From contig CAWKHF010000007.1 in assembly GCA_963849325.1 (NCBI GenBank), positions 320,001 to 384,000 on the forward strand: a stretch of 64,000 nt of DNA. The letters are read 5' to 3'. The notes beneath the pieces were generated by a model that was given only the letters and a program-made list of their open reading frames with translations, searched no databases and was not told the origin of the DNA. Position numbers and translations under genes: made by a program. This DNA is from an uncultured Planctomycetota bacterium. Its GTDB lineage: Bacteria > Planctomycetota > Planctomycetia > Gemmatales > Gemmataceae. Shown here one piece after another: positions 31,720-42,240 of this stretch; the stretch's first letter is position 1; every line of letters starts with the position of its first letter.

Positions 31720-33227
31720 GAATGGCGTTCGGTTAAGCGTAGCTTCTTTTGGGCATTGACGTTCGGTCGATCTTGGAAGGTTGGCGGCCTCCTGCCATGA
31801 TGGAGTTGTTCGGCCAACATCATTTCAGGAGGCCACCATGTCCAATATCTCGCAAGCGCTCCAACGCATCAAGGGCGATACCGCTCGATTCGTGGACCCA
31901 CCCCTCATCCACTCCCTTTGCCGGCAACTGCAACTCCGCGGACGCAACCGCCTGCTAACACCGGTCGTCACTACCCACCTGTTCGTCCGACAGGTTCTGG
32001 AGGGCAATACCCCTGTTCCCGAACTCCGGCGACTTGCCAAACTGCCCTTCGCCGACTCGTCCTACTGTGCGGCGCGTCAACGCCTTCCCGTACCCTTCTT
32101 CCAACGATGGAGCGACGCCGTCCTCGACCGCTGCGGTCGCTACGCCGACAACGACCCGCGCGCCCTCTGGCATGGCCACCGCGTCTTCTTCCTGGATGGT
32201 TCGAGTTTCTCCATGCCGGACACGCCCGACTTGCGTGCCGCCTTCGGTCAGAGCGGCCAGCAGGCCCCAGGCTGCGGCTTCCCGACGGCCCATCTGCTGG
32301 TGCAGTTCCACGCCTATACCGGCTATCTGATGAATGCCATGCCGGCCCCCTTACGCACGCACGACCTGGCCGACCTGACCTGGACCCATCGCGGACTGCG
32401 GGCCGGCGACGTAGTGGCCGGTGATCGCGCTTTCTGTTCCTACGCTCATCTGGCGATGCGGCAGAAACGAGGCGTTTTCAGCCTCTTTCGTGCCCCTCAG
32501 CGTCTTATCATCTCCTTCAAGCCGCGACGGACGCACGTAGCGCCCAACCGCCAGCCCCGTAAGGCAGAAGCGGGCTTGCCCCGGTCGCGCTGGCTGCGAC
32601 GGCTGGGCCGCGACGATCAACTCGTCGAGTACTTCAAGCCGGCCGAGTGTCCGGCCTGGATGGACAGCCAGGAGTATGAGTCCTTGCCGTCGTCGCTGGT
32701 GGTCCGTGAGTTGCGTGTGCCGATCCGGACGCCGGGTTGCCGCGTCCGGGAGTTGACGCTGGTGACCACCCTGTTGGATCGGCGGCGTTATCCGCCGGAG
32801 GTGTTGGCTCGGCTGTACGAGAAACGTTGGAGCGTGGAAGTAAACCTGCGTCACCTCAAGCAAACCCTCGGTATGGATGTGCTACGTTGTGAGACGTGGC
32901 GTGGCGTGTGGAAGGAGTTGTTGGTCTTCGTGTTGGTGTATAATCTGGTGCGGCGGGTGATGGTGGAGGCGGCACGGCAGCAAGACGTGGAACCGGAGCG
33001 CATTAGTTTCGCGGATGCGTGGCGTTGGCTGCGCGAGGCGCGGTGTGGGGAAGAATTGCCGCCGTTGCGGGTAAACCCGCGTCGGCCCGGTCGGGTGGAG
33101 CCGCGTGTGAAGAAGCGGCGACCCAAGCCGTACGATCTGATGAATAAGCCACGCTCCGTGCTGCGCCATAAACTGTTACACCAAACCTCACCACCACAAG
33201 AAGATGCGGCTTAACCGAACGCCATTC
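31720..33227 (+). mobile_element. IS4-family insertion sequence
   Basis: Perfect terminal inverted repeats GAATGGCGTTCGGTTAAGC (31720-31738) and GCTTAACCGAACGCCATTC (33209-33227) around the transposase. Confidence 0.92.
31838..33214 (+). CDS. IS4-family DDE transposase
   Basis: FFLDGS, GDRAFCSY, LVTTLLD, YEKRWSVEVNLRHLK (YxxRxxxExxxxxxK); AGGAGG RBS. Confidence 0.95.
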   Translation: MSNISQALQRIKGDTARFVDPPLIHSLCRQLQLRGRNRLLTPVVTTHLFVRQVLEGNTPVPELRRLAKLPFADSSYCAARQRLPVPFFQRWSDAVLDRCGRYADNDPRALWHGHRVFFLDGSSFSMPDTPDLRAAFGQSGQQAPGCGFPTAHLLVQFHAYTGYLMNAMPAPLRTHDLADLTWTHRGLRAGDVVAGDRAFCSYAHLAMRQKRGVFSLFRAPQRLIISFKPRRTHVAPNRQPRKAEAGLPRSRWLRRLGRDDQLVEYFKPAECPAWMDSQEYESLPSSLVVRELRVPIRTPGCRVRELTLVTTLLDRRRYPPEVLARLYEKRWSVEVNLRHLKQTLGMDVLRCETWRGVWKELLVFVLVYNLVRRVMVEAARQQDVEPERISFADAWRWLREARCGEELPPLRVNPRRPGRVEPRVKKRRPKPYDLMNKPRSVLRHKLLHQTSPPQEDAA

Positions 33228-33290
33228 GGGTCGGGACTCGTAGTTATTACCCCGGCGGCAACGATTATCACATATTCGTGGCCGGGGTGC

Positions 33291-33332
33291 GGTGTCAGGA
33301 AACTTTTAAGACCTTAAAATTTTCCTGACACC
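33291..33332. repeat. GGTGTCAGGAA-family palindrome
   Basis: GGTGTCAGGAAA...TTTCCTGACACC. Confidence 0.75.
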
Positions 33333-33345
33333 ATTCTCGGAGGGA

Positions 33346-34194
33346 TCACTCAGCGGCGAGCTTGTTGGCCTGCTCGTGGAAGAACGCGACGCACTGGAGC
33401 AGCGTCGGAATGTCCCACTTCCATTCGTACTCGATGGCGATTGGTCCCTTGAACCCCTTGGCCTTGAGCACGCGCAGCATCTCGGCGGCGCGGCTGTCGC
33501 CGCTGCCCCAGGGCACGTCATGCAACCCCTGCGAACCGCCGCCGCGAACCAGATCCTTGAAGTGCAGCGAGAAGACACGCTCGCCGTACTTGTTCAGCAC
33601 CTCGACCGGGTCCAGGCCGCTGCGCTTCCAGTGGCCGACGTTGGCGCAGAAACCGACGTGCTTGAGGTCTTTGATTAGCCCATAAGTGTAGGCGGGATCC
33701 CAGTAGCGACTCGGCTTGGGGTGATCGTGGATGGCGACGCGAATCTCGAACTCGCCGGCCAGCTTGTCGATCAGCGGCAGCGCCTTGGGGTCCGGCTCCG
33801 AGACGAGCGTGGTGAGGCCCATCTTCTTGGCCCAGCCAAACAGCTTGCGGGCCTCGTCCTCCTTGGCGGAGATGCCGGTCACGCCGTAGTCGATGACCTT
33901 CACGTCGCACGCCTTGGCCTTGTCGAGCACGGCCTGAATCTGCGCATCGGTCATCTCGGGACCGAACTTGCCCTTGTCGTCGGGGCTGATGGGCTGGCCG
34001 GGGTAGATCTCGATGTAGTGGACGCCGAGCTTCTGGGCGACGTCGATGGACTGGAAGACGGTCTGATGGATGGTCCAGGATTGCAGCGTGAGCTTCCAGC
34101 CGAGCTTGTCGGCGCCGTGGGTATCCGGCGCGGCCGCGTGCAGCGGCAGACTCCACAGGGCCACCGCGGCCAGGCCAACGAGAGTGCGGTTCAT
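33346..34194 (-). CDS. Secreted sugar-phosphate isomerase/epimerase-like TIM-barrel protein
   Basis: Signal peptide; IEIYPG, AIHDH, VGHW, LHFKD, IAIEYE. Confidence 0.85.
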   Translation of the reverse strand: MNRTLVGLAAVALWSLPLHAAAPDTHGADKLGWKLTLQSWTIHQTVFQSIDVAQKLGVHYIEIYPGQPISPDDKGKFGPEMTDAQIQAVLDKAKACDVKVIDYGVTGISAKEDEARKLFGWAKKMGLTTLVSEPDPKALPLIDKLAGEFEIRVAIHDHPKPSRYWDPAYTYGLIKDLKHVGFCANVGHWKRSGLDPVEVLNKYGERVFSLHFKDLVRGGGSQGLHDVPWGSGDSRAAEMLRVLKAKGFKGPIAIEYEWKWDIPTLLQCVAFFHEQANKLAAE

Positions 34195-34333
34195 GCACGG
34201 TTCCTTTCGAGTACGGTGTGAGTTCGGTCTCCAGGTGCCCCTGTCCAGAACGTGGGCTTGCCTTTGTCTGTCTTTTTACATGCGGCGCCGACTATCGCAC
34301 ACGATGGCTCCCATGCCGCTCGGCTCGCGGCAC

Positions 34334-35782
34334 CTACCCGGCGCCGGAAAACGCCATCGTGACGGCCGCGACGGCGTGAGGCGGCAGCTCCACGTCGAGG
34401 CGAGCGGTTCGTCCCTCATACGCACAGGGATGCGGCTCCCGAACCAGCCGGGACGCCTGGTGCAGATGCTCCACTTGCTCCGCGTTCAGATACTCCGGCT
34501 GGCCCAGCGTCCGCCAGACCGCCCTGGCGTTGGCGTGGCCGTCGTCGATCCGCTCCACCGTCACGGATCGCGGCGGCGGAACGTCGGTCAACTCCAGTCG
34601 CACGCGCTGGGCCTTGATGGGCTGACGCGGCATGGCGTGGTTGGTCAGCAGGACAGTGAGGGCGTCACCCCGCCGCACGGCCCAGGCGTCCACGGTCTCA
34701 TGAGCGCCCTCGACCGGCAGTCGTTCCTCTCCCAGTCGGCGCAGCAGCTCGAAAGCGCGATAGGTCGGCTTGGGGATGCCGTGCAGGTTCAGCAATCCGA
34801 AGCCACCGTGGAAGGGCAGTGACGGAAAGTAATTCTCCTCGAAAATGTCCGTGAACGTCCAGAAGCTGTACGCCTCGACGAATTCGCTCGCCTCCAGGGC
34901 GCTCTTGGCCGCGAAGGCCGCGGCGTAGGGTTCGTCGTGGCGCGGGTAACGCGGGTTGGACGAGGCGTTCCATTCCGTGTACAGCAACGGCCGATCGCCC
35001 ACCTGCCGCCGTGCCTCCGCCACTTGCTTGCGCAGGACGCCGCGCGGCGTACCGGCCAGCTCGCTCTCCGTGTCCTGGGCATCGCTCCACAAGGCGTCGT
35101 TGGGATAGTGGTGTGTGCTAACGAAGTCGGCTGGCAGCCTATTGCGGTCGCAAAAGTCGAGAAACTCCGGCAGCCAGGCGTTGGCGGCGGTGGCCGGACC
35201 ACCGACGCGCAACTCGGCATCCACACCCTTGATCGCCTCCACCGTATGCCGGTATAGCTCCCAATACTGCTTTTGCGTGCCCGCCCAGAACGCCGACAGG
35301 TTCGGCTCGTTCCACACCTCGAAATACCAGCGGCGAACCTCCTCTCGACCGTAGCGTTCGACCCAGTGCGCCGCCAGCCGGCGTATCAGTTCGCCCCACT
35401 GCCGGTAGTCGGCCGGGGGCGTGACGTTGCCGTGATACGAAAAGACGGTTTCGTCACCCGAGGCCAGCGACGCCGGCATGAAACTCAACTCCACGAACGG
35501 ACGCATGCCGATCGACAGCAGGAAGTCGGCGATGCGATCGGCGTTGAAAAACGAATAGAGGAGACGGTCTCGATGGCATACCAGCGTGCCGACGTCGTCG
35601 CTCAACAGGCCGTGGAAGCGGACGTAACGAAAACCCAGTTCGTCGTGACAGCGGCGGAGCTGAGCTTGCCAGTCGGCGCGGAGAGCGAGGGGAGCGTGAC
35701 AGCTGCCGACGGTGTGCACCCAGACGTGGGGCAGCGGCACGGCGGGGGCCGACAACGAGCATCGGAAGTGTACTTCGTCCAT
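34334..35782 (-). CDS. GH39 beta-xylosidase-like glycoside hydrolase
   Basis: YVRFHGLL, PFVELSFMP, FEVWNEPN, VGGPA, YTEWN, FSFWTF-like FWTFTDIFEE, FHGGFGL. Confidence 0.92.
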   Translation of the reverse strand: MDEVHFRCSLSAPAVPLPHVWVHTVGSCHAPLALRADWQAQLRRCHDELGFRYVRFHGLLSDDVGTLVCHRDRLLYSFFNADRIADFLLSIGMRPFVELSFMPASLASGDETVFSYHGNVTPPADYRQWGELIRRLAAHWVERYGREEVRRWYFEVWNEPNLSAFWAGTQKQYWELYRHTVEAIKGVDAELRVGGPATAANAWLPEFLDFCDRNRLPADFVSTHHYPNDALWSDAQDTESELAGTPRGVLRKQVAEARRQVGDRPLLYTEWNASSNPRYPRHDEPYAAAFAAKSALEASEFVEAYSFWTFTDIFEENYFPSLPFHGGFGLLNLHGIPKPTYRAFELLRRLGEERLPVEGAHETVDAWAVRRGDALTVLLTNHAMPRQPIKAQRVRLELTDVPPPRSVTVERIDDGHANARAVWRTLGQPEYLNAEQVEHLHQASRLVREPHPCAYEGRTARLDVELPPHAVAAVTMAFSGAG

Positions 35783-35802
35783 GCTTGCGTTCCTTGCGAA
35801 AT

Positions 35803-37113
35803 TCACGGGGCGTCTCGCACGGTCGGCGCCGGCGCGACCTTCTCCGTCGGCGTGAACCCGAGGCGTTGCAACCCCTGGTTGACGCAGGGAAGAGAGTGAA
35901 AGACGCGACGGACCCGATCGCCCATCAGGTAATTGTCCAGGGCCAGCACGGCGGCGCCGGCGTCGATGCCAACCATGTCGTGGCCGACCCAGTGATGATC
36001 GAGGTTCACGGGGCTGAAGCCGTAGCGGCCGCGCGCCTGGAGCGCCGAATCGTGGTCGGCTTCCTCCAGGTTCTGGAGCACCTCGGCGGGGAGGTGGGCC
36101 ACGGCGGCGAGCGTGGCGGTGAGCTGGGCGGTGCCGTCGATCGGCTTGTGAGGGCTGCGCGGCCGATAGGAATCGCGCTGCGGTGGATCGCCCGGCCCGT
36201 CGCCGTTGGACAGACCCCAGAAGCGACGGTAAGTGACGAAATGAGTCGCCTGGCCGCGACAGAACAGGTAGTTGGCGCGCGTGGCGACGCGCGCCTCCGC
36301 GGCCAGGTCTACCGGGCCGGGCGGCCGCCAGCGCCGCAGGTCCAGCAGGTCGAGTCCGTACTCGAAGACGAACAATCCCAGGTCGGCGCTATTGAAGCGC
36401 AGGCCGGCCACCCTGGCGTAGAAGGGCCGCAGCGACGACCAGCATTTCGCCGGTACGGCCCGCTCCGGCGCCGCTCCAGCACCCAGGACGTACATGAAGA
36501 CGGTCTCGCCGTTGATGCGGTCCCAGAAATGGGGCAGGAAACAGCCATTGAGGCTCTTGCCGTGACGGAGTAAACCGCGATCGTCGGATTCCGGGTCAGT
36601 CCAGTACAACCAATCGACCCGGTTGTACAACTCCTCAGCGCGTCTCTCCAGATCGGCGTCACGCAAGAAGGCAGCCGACCACAGGGCGCCGGCGATCAAC
36701 CAGGACGAATCGATGGTGCTGAAGGCGTCGTGACCGCGCAATTCGTCGGTGACAGCATCGCGGAAGTGAGGCAGGATACCGTGGTCGTGGTCCATGCGCT
36801 CGAGCGCCATTTGCAGAGTGGCGCGAATGCGGCCGGCCGCCGCTTCGGGCGCCAGCAGCCGATACGGTTCCGCCGCCGCCAGGGCCAGGGCGATCAGGCC
36901 CATGCCGGTGGCGGCGGTACTGTACCAGCCCGTGGTACGCGGCGTCTCGTGATTGGCCTGACGATCGCGGACAAGTCCGCCGGGAACCTGGTTGTCGAAA
37001 AAGTAGTACAGGGCTTGCCGCTGCAATCCCATCAGGAAGGCCCCTTCCGCCGGGGTGAGCGTAGCCGCGGCGGACGAGATCGGCCTTTCGGGTTGTGTCG
37101 CCAAAGCGGTCAT
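35803..37113 (-). CDS. Glycoamylase-domain (GH144-like) protein
   Basis: GLVRDR, STAATGMGL, STIDSSWL, RVDW, GRYGF, VGIDAG. Confidence 0.75.
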   Translation of the reverse strand: MTALATQPERPISSAAATLTPAEGAFLMGLQRQALYYFFDNQVPGGLVRDRQANHETPRTTGWYSTAATGMGLIALALAAAEPYRLLAPEAAAGRIRATLQMALERMDHDHGILPHFRDAVTDELRGHDAFSTIDSSWLIAGALWSAAFLRDADLERRAEELYNRVDWLYWTDPESDDRGLLRHGKSLNGCFLPHFWDRINGETVFMYVLGAGAAPERAVPAKCWSSLRPFYARVAGLRFNSADLGLFVFEYGLDLLDLRRWRPPGPVDLAAEARVATRANYLFCRGQATHFVTYRRFWGLSNGDGPGDPPQRDSYRPRSPHKPIDGTAQLTATLAAVAHLPAEVLQNLEEADHDSALQARGRYGFSPVNLDHHWVGHDMVGIDAGAAVLALDNYLMGDRVRRVFHSLPCVNQGLQRLGFTPTEKVAPAPTVRDAP

Positions 37114-37610
37114 GGCCTCGGATCGGTGTCGGCGATCCGGCTGGCCAGGGCCGCTGCCAGCGGATCGTTCATCGGTCGGCTGTCGCGCTGCTCCAGGGCG
37201 TCCTGACGGACCTCGACCTCATGCAAATCGGCGCTGAAGCGCTTGATGTCGCGGTCAAGATCCTGGTCGGCGGCCGACACCACGGCCAGGACGCGCTCCA
37301 GGTCGCCGTGGTCCAACCACAGGCCGCCGCAATTACGACACTTGTCCAGGAGGATACCGCTGTCGCCGGCGTAGTTGAACGGCTCCATCGGCACACCGCA
37401 GCGCGGACAGCAGGCGTCCTCCTGCACGTCGGTCAGGTCAACGCCGGTGCGGCTCATTGGCCCACTGACGGGCAGCTTGATGAGGTCGAGGATGGCCTTC
37501 AAGTCTTGCGGGTCGATCCAGCGACCGCCGCAGCGGCCGCACCTTTCCATTGTGATGTCGCCGTGCTGCTCGACATCCAGGGAGTTGTTGCAACGCGGAC
37601 AGGGGTTCAT
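37110..37610 (-). CDS. Tandem zf-TFIIB Zn-ribbon protein
   Basis: CPRC...CGRCGGRWID and CPRC...CRNCGGLWLDHGDLE; 4-nt overlap with the next gene. Confidence 0.85.
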   Translation of the reverse strand: MNPCPRCNNSLDVEQHGDITMERCGRCGGRWIDPQDLKAILDLIKLPVSGPMSRTGVDLTDVQEDACCPRCGVPMEPFNYAGDSGILLDKCRNCGGLWLDHGDLERVLAVVSAADQDLDRDIKRFSADLHEVEVRQDALEQRDSRPMNDPLAAALASRIADTDPRP

Positions 37611-37681
37611 GGCTCGCCTCCGGAAGCGGGCGAAGGGCCGCCAGGGTGCCGCCACCCTGACCGATACTTACGGAGAGATAC

Positions 37682-37697
37682 AGCAAGCGCCGTGCCG
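37682..37697 (-). promoter_or_regulatory. Candidate sigma-54 promoter
   Basis: Minus strand CGGCACGGCGCTTGCT, close to the TGGCACG-N4-TTGC consensus, about 70 nt upstream of 37610. Confidence 0.55.
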
Positions 37698-37705
37698 CTG
37701 CTCCG

Positions 37706-39759
37706 TCAAGGTGCAGACCCCTTCCGCGATCCGGTGCGCGGGCCGACGGCGGAAAGGACTAACGGCACGAAACCCGCCTTGAGGGCCGGCGACTTCTCTT
37801 GCAGTCGAAAGTCGTTTTTCGCCGCGTTGACGAAGAGAGGGTCGGCGACGAGGGAATGCGTGTCCAGGCCGCGGTCGCGCCACTGCTGCCAGGTGTCGCC
37901 GTTAAAGCGGACCTCGCCGCCGCCAGCGCGCCAGTAGACGTTGTGGTCGAAAATGACGTTCCGCGTCGTCCAGTTGCCGGCGAGCAGCTTGCCCTCCGTC
38001 CAGTAGACGATGTTGCGCTCGAAGGTGAAGCTGCGATGCGGCTCGGGCCGCGTACGCTGGATCTGCGCGTCGCGGCCGAGGGCGAAGACGTTGTTGCGGA
38101 CCACGTTGTCCTTGCCGTAATGCTGGTGGAAGCCGCCGTGCGTCGTGCGGTAGACGAGATTGTTCTCGGCCGTGATGTTCGTGCTGCCCTCGTCGAAGTA
38201 GATGCCCCAACCACCGTAGCGATGGCCGGCGATGTCGTGAAAGACGTTGCCGCGAACCACCGTGCCGGGCTGAACGCCGAGCGTGTAGATGCCGCCCAGG
38301 TCGCTGAGCCAACCCTGACCCAGGTCGTGAACGTGGTTGAACTCGATGACGTTGTCGCGGGCCAAGCTCTTGCCGTAGCCCCAGGTCCAGCCACAGGAGA
38401 TGCCGGTGTAATACCAATCGTGGATGTGATTGTGGGCGATGCGGTTGCCGAAACTCTGGCCGACCCAGACCCCTACTGCCTGGTGGAACAGCCGCCCGCC
38501 GGCATGGATGTGGTTATCGGAGACAATGTTGTCGTGTGTCTGCCGCGTGGGGGCGTCATTCGGGCGCCTTCGCCGATCTGGACGCCGCCGCCGCCGAGGT
38601 CGAACAAGTCGCAGCCGGCGACGCGGTTGTGCCGGCAGCCACGGCCCAACTGGACGGCGTAGTTGCTGACGTGGGCCACCGTGCAGTCCTCCAGCGCGCA
38701 ATGATCCTCGCCTTCGCCCTGGACGGCGCCCGGCACCGAGACCGCCGCCTGGATGTCGAGCGGATCTTTGTGCTCGGGCCACCACTCGGCATGCGCAAAC
38801 GTCAGTCCGCGCAAGGTCACGTGGGCCACCGGCCGATTCATTTCCGGTTTGCCCTCGAAACGGACCAGGTACGGCAAAACCGGAGCGATCACCTCGGCTC
38901 GCGTCCTGTCCTCATCGGGATAAGGTCGATAGTACAACGTCCCGGTTTGGCGATGCAGATACCACTCGCCCGGCGCGTCCAGCAATTCCAGGGCGTTCTC
39001 GACGTAGTAACGGGCGGGCTCGGAGCCGTCGGTCAGGAGGCGGCGGCTCTTCGAGGCGAATGTGACCAGCCGCTCCTTCTCGTCCACGGCCGCGACCGGA
39101 AGGCGGACGCTGACCCACAGGTGCAGGGCCACGACATCCACGTCTTCGAGGTTGTCCCACGCCTTGATGTCGCCCGGCGCGAACCGAAACCGATTTTGTC
39201 CCTGGTTCCGCGGCGTCGTCTTGACGACGTCCGGCAGTCCGGCGATGCGGAGAAAGCCATTGTTGGGATGGCGGGCGCGAAAGCGCCTCTGCCCATTGAC
39301 CCAGAGCTGATGGAAGTACCACTTGCCGGCGCGCACGTCGGGTAATTCCGTCGTCCACAGTTTCTGGCCGGCGACGGTCGTTTCCTTCCAACCCGTGATC
39401 TGCCGACCGCCACTGATGACGGGCCTCTCGCCCGGCTCGGCGGCAAAGACAACCGGAGCGTCCGCCGTACCGGCGTCCTCGGCCGTCAGCATCAGCGGCG
39501 CGGCGAGCCGATACGTCCCTCCGCGCAACAGGATCGTGGCTGGCCGGCGGGGTTGTCCGGCCTGCTGGCGCTTGAGTTCTCGCAGTGCGTTCCGGGCGCA
39601 TTGCAGGGTGGCGAACGGCTTCTCCCGCGTACCCGGGTTTTGATCGTCGCCGTCGGGGGCAATGTGGAAGGTCTGCGGCGTCGGTGCGGCGACGACGCAG
39701 AAAGCCGATCCGAAAAGTCCCATTCCAACGGCGACAAGGATGACTCGTTGTGTGTGCAT
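37706..39759 (-). CDS. Secreted right-handed parallel beta-helix protein (pectin-lyase fold), frameshift near 38555
   Basis: FHIAPDGDD.NPGT..KPFAT, LDAPGEWY, YTGISCGWTWGY, SDLGGIYTLG, GIYFDEGS. Confidence 0.85.
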
Positions 39760-39903
39760 GAGTTGTCCCCCTGCCAGGAAAACTCCTCAGGACTCGGCGG
39801 CCGCTGCCGCGTGTTATCCTATGCGGCGGCGCGAAGAAGGCGCGACAGTTCGGCTCGTTCGGCTTGCGCATCTTTTGCTCGCCAATCCAGGGACCATCTT
39901 TCG

Positions 39904-39955
39904 GAGCCGGAAGCGTAAGCGAAGGAACGACCCCCTTCGCGGACGCTTCTGGCTC
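39904..39955. repeat. REP-like palindrome (GAGCCGGAAGCG family)
   Basis: GAGCCGGAAGCGTAAGCGAAGG...CCTTCGCGGACGCTTCTGGCTC. Confidence 0.7.
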
Positions 39956-39979
39956 GGATAGGATTTCGCTGGAAGGGAG

Positions 39980-40906
39980 ATGGGCATGGCTATCAGCTCG
40001 ATTCGTCTGCGCGAGGCATGGAACTGGGGCGGGCTGTCGGCGAAGGAAGTGGGCGTCCGCACCTACCGGGCGATGGACCAGCACGACACACTCAACCAGG
40101 CGGCGGTCGTCGCCTTCTTCGCCATGCTGTCGCTGGTGCCGCTATTGAGTTTGGTCCTGGCCTTCGCGCTCGGCGCCCAGCCCGGCGTCGCCGTCCAGGT
40201 CCAGGCGCTTTGCCGCCAGCTCATGCCCACGGAAGCCTATCACATCGTCCGCGATCAAATCGACAAGATGCAGTCGGCCACTCCCATCGGTTTGGTGTCG
40301 CTGTCGATCCTCCTGCTCCTCTGGTCGGCGTCGAGCCTGTTCGTCGCCGTCATGGACACAACCAACGCCGCCTATGGCGTGCGCGACGAGCGACCGTGGT
40401 GGAAGAAACGGCTTCTGGCCATCGTCCTGACCATCGCCGAGACGGTCCTGCTCATCGGCGCCTGCGTCACGATTGCGGTCTGGCCGCAGGTGATGGGTTG
40501 GCTGGGCCTGAGCACCCTGGCGACGACGCTGGCGACCGTGGTGCAGTGGATCGTTGTGGTGATCGCTCTTCTCAGTGCCTTCGCGCTGGCCTACTACTTT
40601 GGCCCACACGTCGAACAGGAGTGGGAATGGATCACGCCGGGTTCGACGCTCGGCGTGCTGGCCCTCATCGTGTCCAGCCTGGGGTTCCAGCTCTATCTGC
40701 GCTTCGGCAACACCTACAGCGAAACCTATGGTGCCCTGGCCGGCGTCGTGCTCATGATGCTCTGGCTGTACCTGGCCGCCCTGGCCTTGCTGGTTGGGGC
40801 TGAGGTCAACTGCGTCATCGAACACGCCGCCCCTCACGGCCGGAACTCGGGCCAGAAGGAGGCGCCTGCGGTGCCCACGCCGGAAGCAGCCAAGGTGGCA
40901 AGGTGA
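39980..40906 (+). CDS. YihY/BrkB family membrane protein
   Basis: AAVVAFFAMLSLVP, LLWSAS, YYFGP, TYGALAGVVLMMLWLY, GAEVN. Confidence 0.92.
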   Translation: MGMAISSIRLREAWNWGGLSAKEVGVRTYRAMDQHDTLNQAAVVAFFAMLSLVPLLSLVLAFALGAQPGVAVQVQALCRQLMPTEAYHIVRDQIDKMQSATPIGLVSLSILLLLWSASSLFVAVMDTTNAAYGVRDERPWWKKRLLAIVLTIAETVLLIGACVTIAVWPQVMGWLGLSTLATTLATVVQWIVVVIALLSAFALAYYFGPHVEQEWEWITPGSTLGVLALIVSSLGFQLYLRFGNTYSETYGALAGVVLMMLWLYLAALALLVGAEVNCVIEHAAPHGRNSGQKEAPAVPTPEAAKVAR

Positions 40907-40947
40907 GAGCGAACATCGATTCCACCCCGCGAACAGGAGTGCGAAAC

Positions 40948-42114
40948 ATGAAGGATGGCGACATCACCACGCAGCGAACGGGACAGGCGACAGTCGGCGG
41001 ATGTTCCACCTCGGTCGATCACGACCGCAGTCTGCCGGAAGTGGACCTGCTCAGTCCGCTGACGATACGCGGCGTCACCTTTCGCAACCGCATCGCGGTG
41101 TCGCCGATGTGTCAGTATTGCGCCGAGGAAGGGCTGGCCGATGATTGGCACCTGGTCCACCTGGGCAGCCGGGCCGTCGGCGGGGCGAGCCTGGTCATGG
41201 TCGAGGCCACGGCGGTCACGCGCGACGGACGCATCACGCCCGGCGACCTCGGTATCTGGGACGATCGCCACGCTGAGCAGCTGACGCGCATCGCTCGCTT
41301 TCTGCACCGCGAAGGGTCCGTCGCCGGCATCCAGCTGGCCCACGCTGGGCGCAAGGCCAGCTGCGACGTGCCCTGGAAGGGCGGCGCTCGCCTGAAGACG
41401 GCGGCGGAGGGCGGTTGGCCGGTCGTCGGCCCTAGCCCCGATCCGTTCCACGAGGGCGACCCATCGTCACGAGAGCTGGACGAGGCCGACATCGAGGCGA
41501 TTATCGCTGCCTTCGTCGCCGCCGCGCGCCGCGCTCTCGCCGCCGGCTTCCGCGTTCTCGAAATCCATTCGGCACACGGCTATCTGCTGCACTCCTTCCT
41601 CTCGCCGCTGAGCAACCACCGCGGCGATCGCTACGGCGGCAGCCTGGAGAATCGGATGCGCCTGGTCCTGCGCGTGACGGAGGAACTGCGTCAGATCGTA
41701 CCGGAGGAACTGCCTCTGTTCGTGCGCATCTCGGCGACCGACTGGGTGCAAGGCGGCTGGGACCTGGAGCAGTCGATCGTCCTGGCCCGCGCCCTGTGCG
41801 AGCGCGGCGTGGACCTGATCGACTGCTCCAGCGGCGGCGTGGTGCCGCACGCGACGATCCCGGTGGGCAAGAACTACCAGGTGCCGTTCGCCGCCGCGAT
41901 TCGCAAAGAAGTGGGCGTCCACACCGGGGCCGTCGGACTGATCACCGAGCCGGAGCAGGCCAGCGAGATCATCACGTCGGGAGCCGCGGATTTGGTCTTC
42001 CTCGCTCGGCAGATGCTGCGCGAGCCGTACTGGGCCTTGCACGCCCAGCAGGCGCTGCACCAGGACCCGGCCTGGCCGGTACAGTACGGCTACGCCGTCC
42101 GGCGACGGAAGTGA
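40948..42114 (+). CDS. NADH:flavin oxidoreductase (Old Yellow Enzyme, YqjM/NamA-like)
   Basis: NRIAVSPMCQY, QLAHAGRKAS, EIHSAHGYL, RISATDW. Confidence 0.93.
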   Translation: MKDGDITTQRTGQATVGGCSTSVDHDRSLPEVDLLSPLTIRGVTFRNRIAVSPMCQYCAEEGLADDWHLVHLGSRAVGGASLVMVEATAVTRDGRITPGDLGIWDDRHAEQLTRIARFLHREGSVAGIQLAHAGRKASCDVPWKGGARLKTAAEGGWPVVGPSPDPFHEGDPSSRELDEADIEAIIAAFVAAARRALAAGFRVLEIHSAHGYLLHSFLSPLSNHRGDRYGGSLENRMRLVLRVTEELRQIVPEELPLFVRISATDWVQGGWDLEQSIVLARALCERGVDLIDCSSGGVVPHATIPVGKNYQVPFAAAIRKEVGVHTGAVGLITEPEQASEIITSGAADLVFLARQMLREPYWALHAQQALHQDPAWPVQYGYAVRRRK

Positions 42115-42240
42115 CATCGCTTTGTCAGCCCTGCGCCAACGCGGATTCGTCCGCCGGCCCCTCGCCTCGACCGAGGGTCCCGGCTATCCTATCGCTGATG
42201 ACGTGCCGATGAACCCTTGTCCTCCGAGGAGACTTCACCG

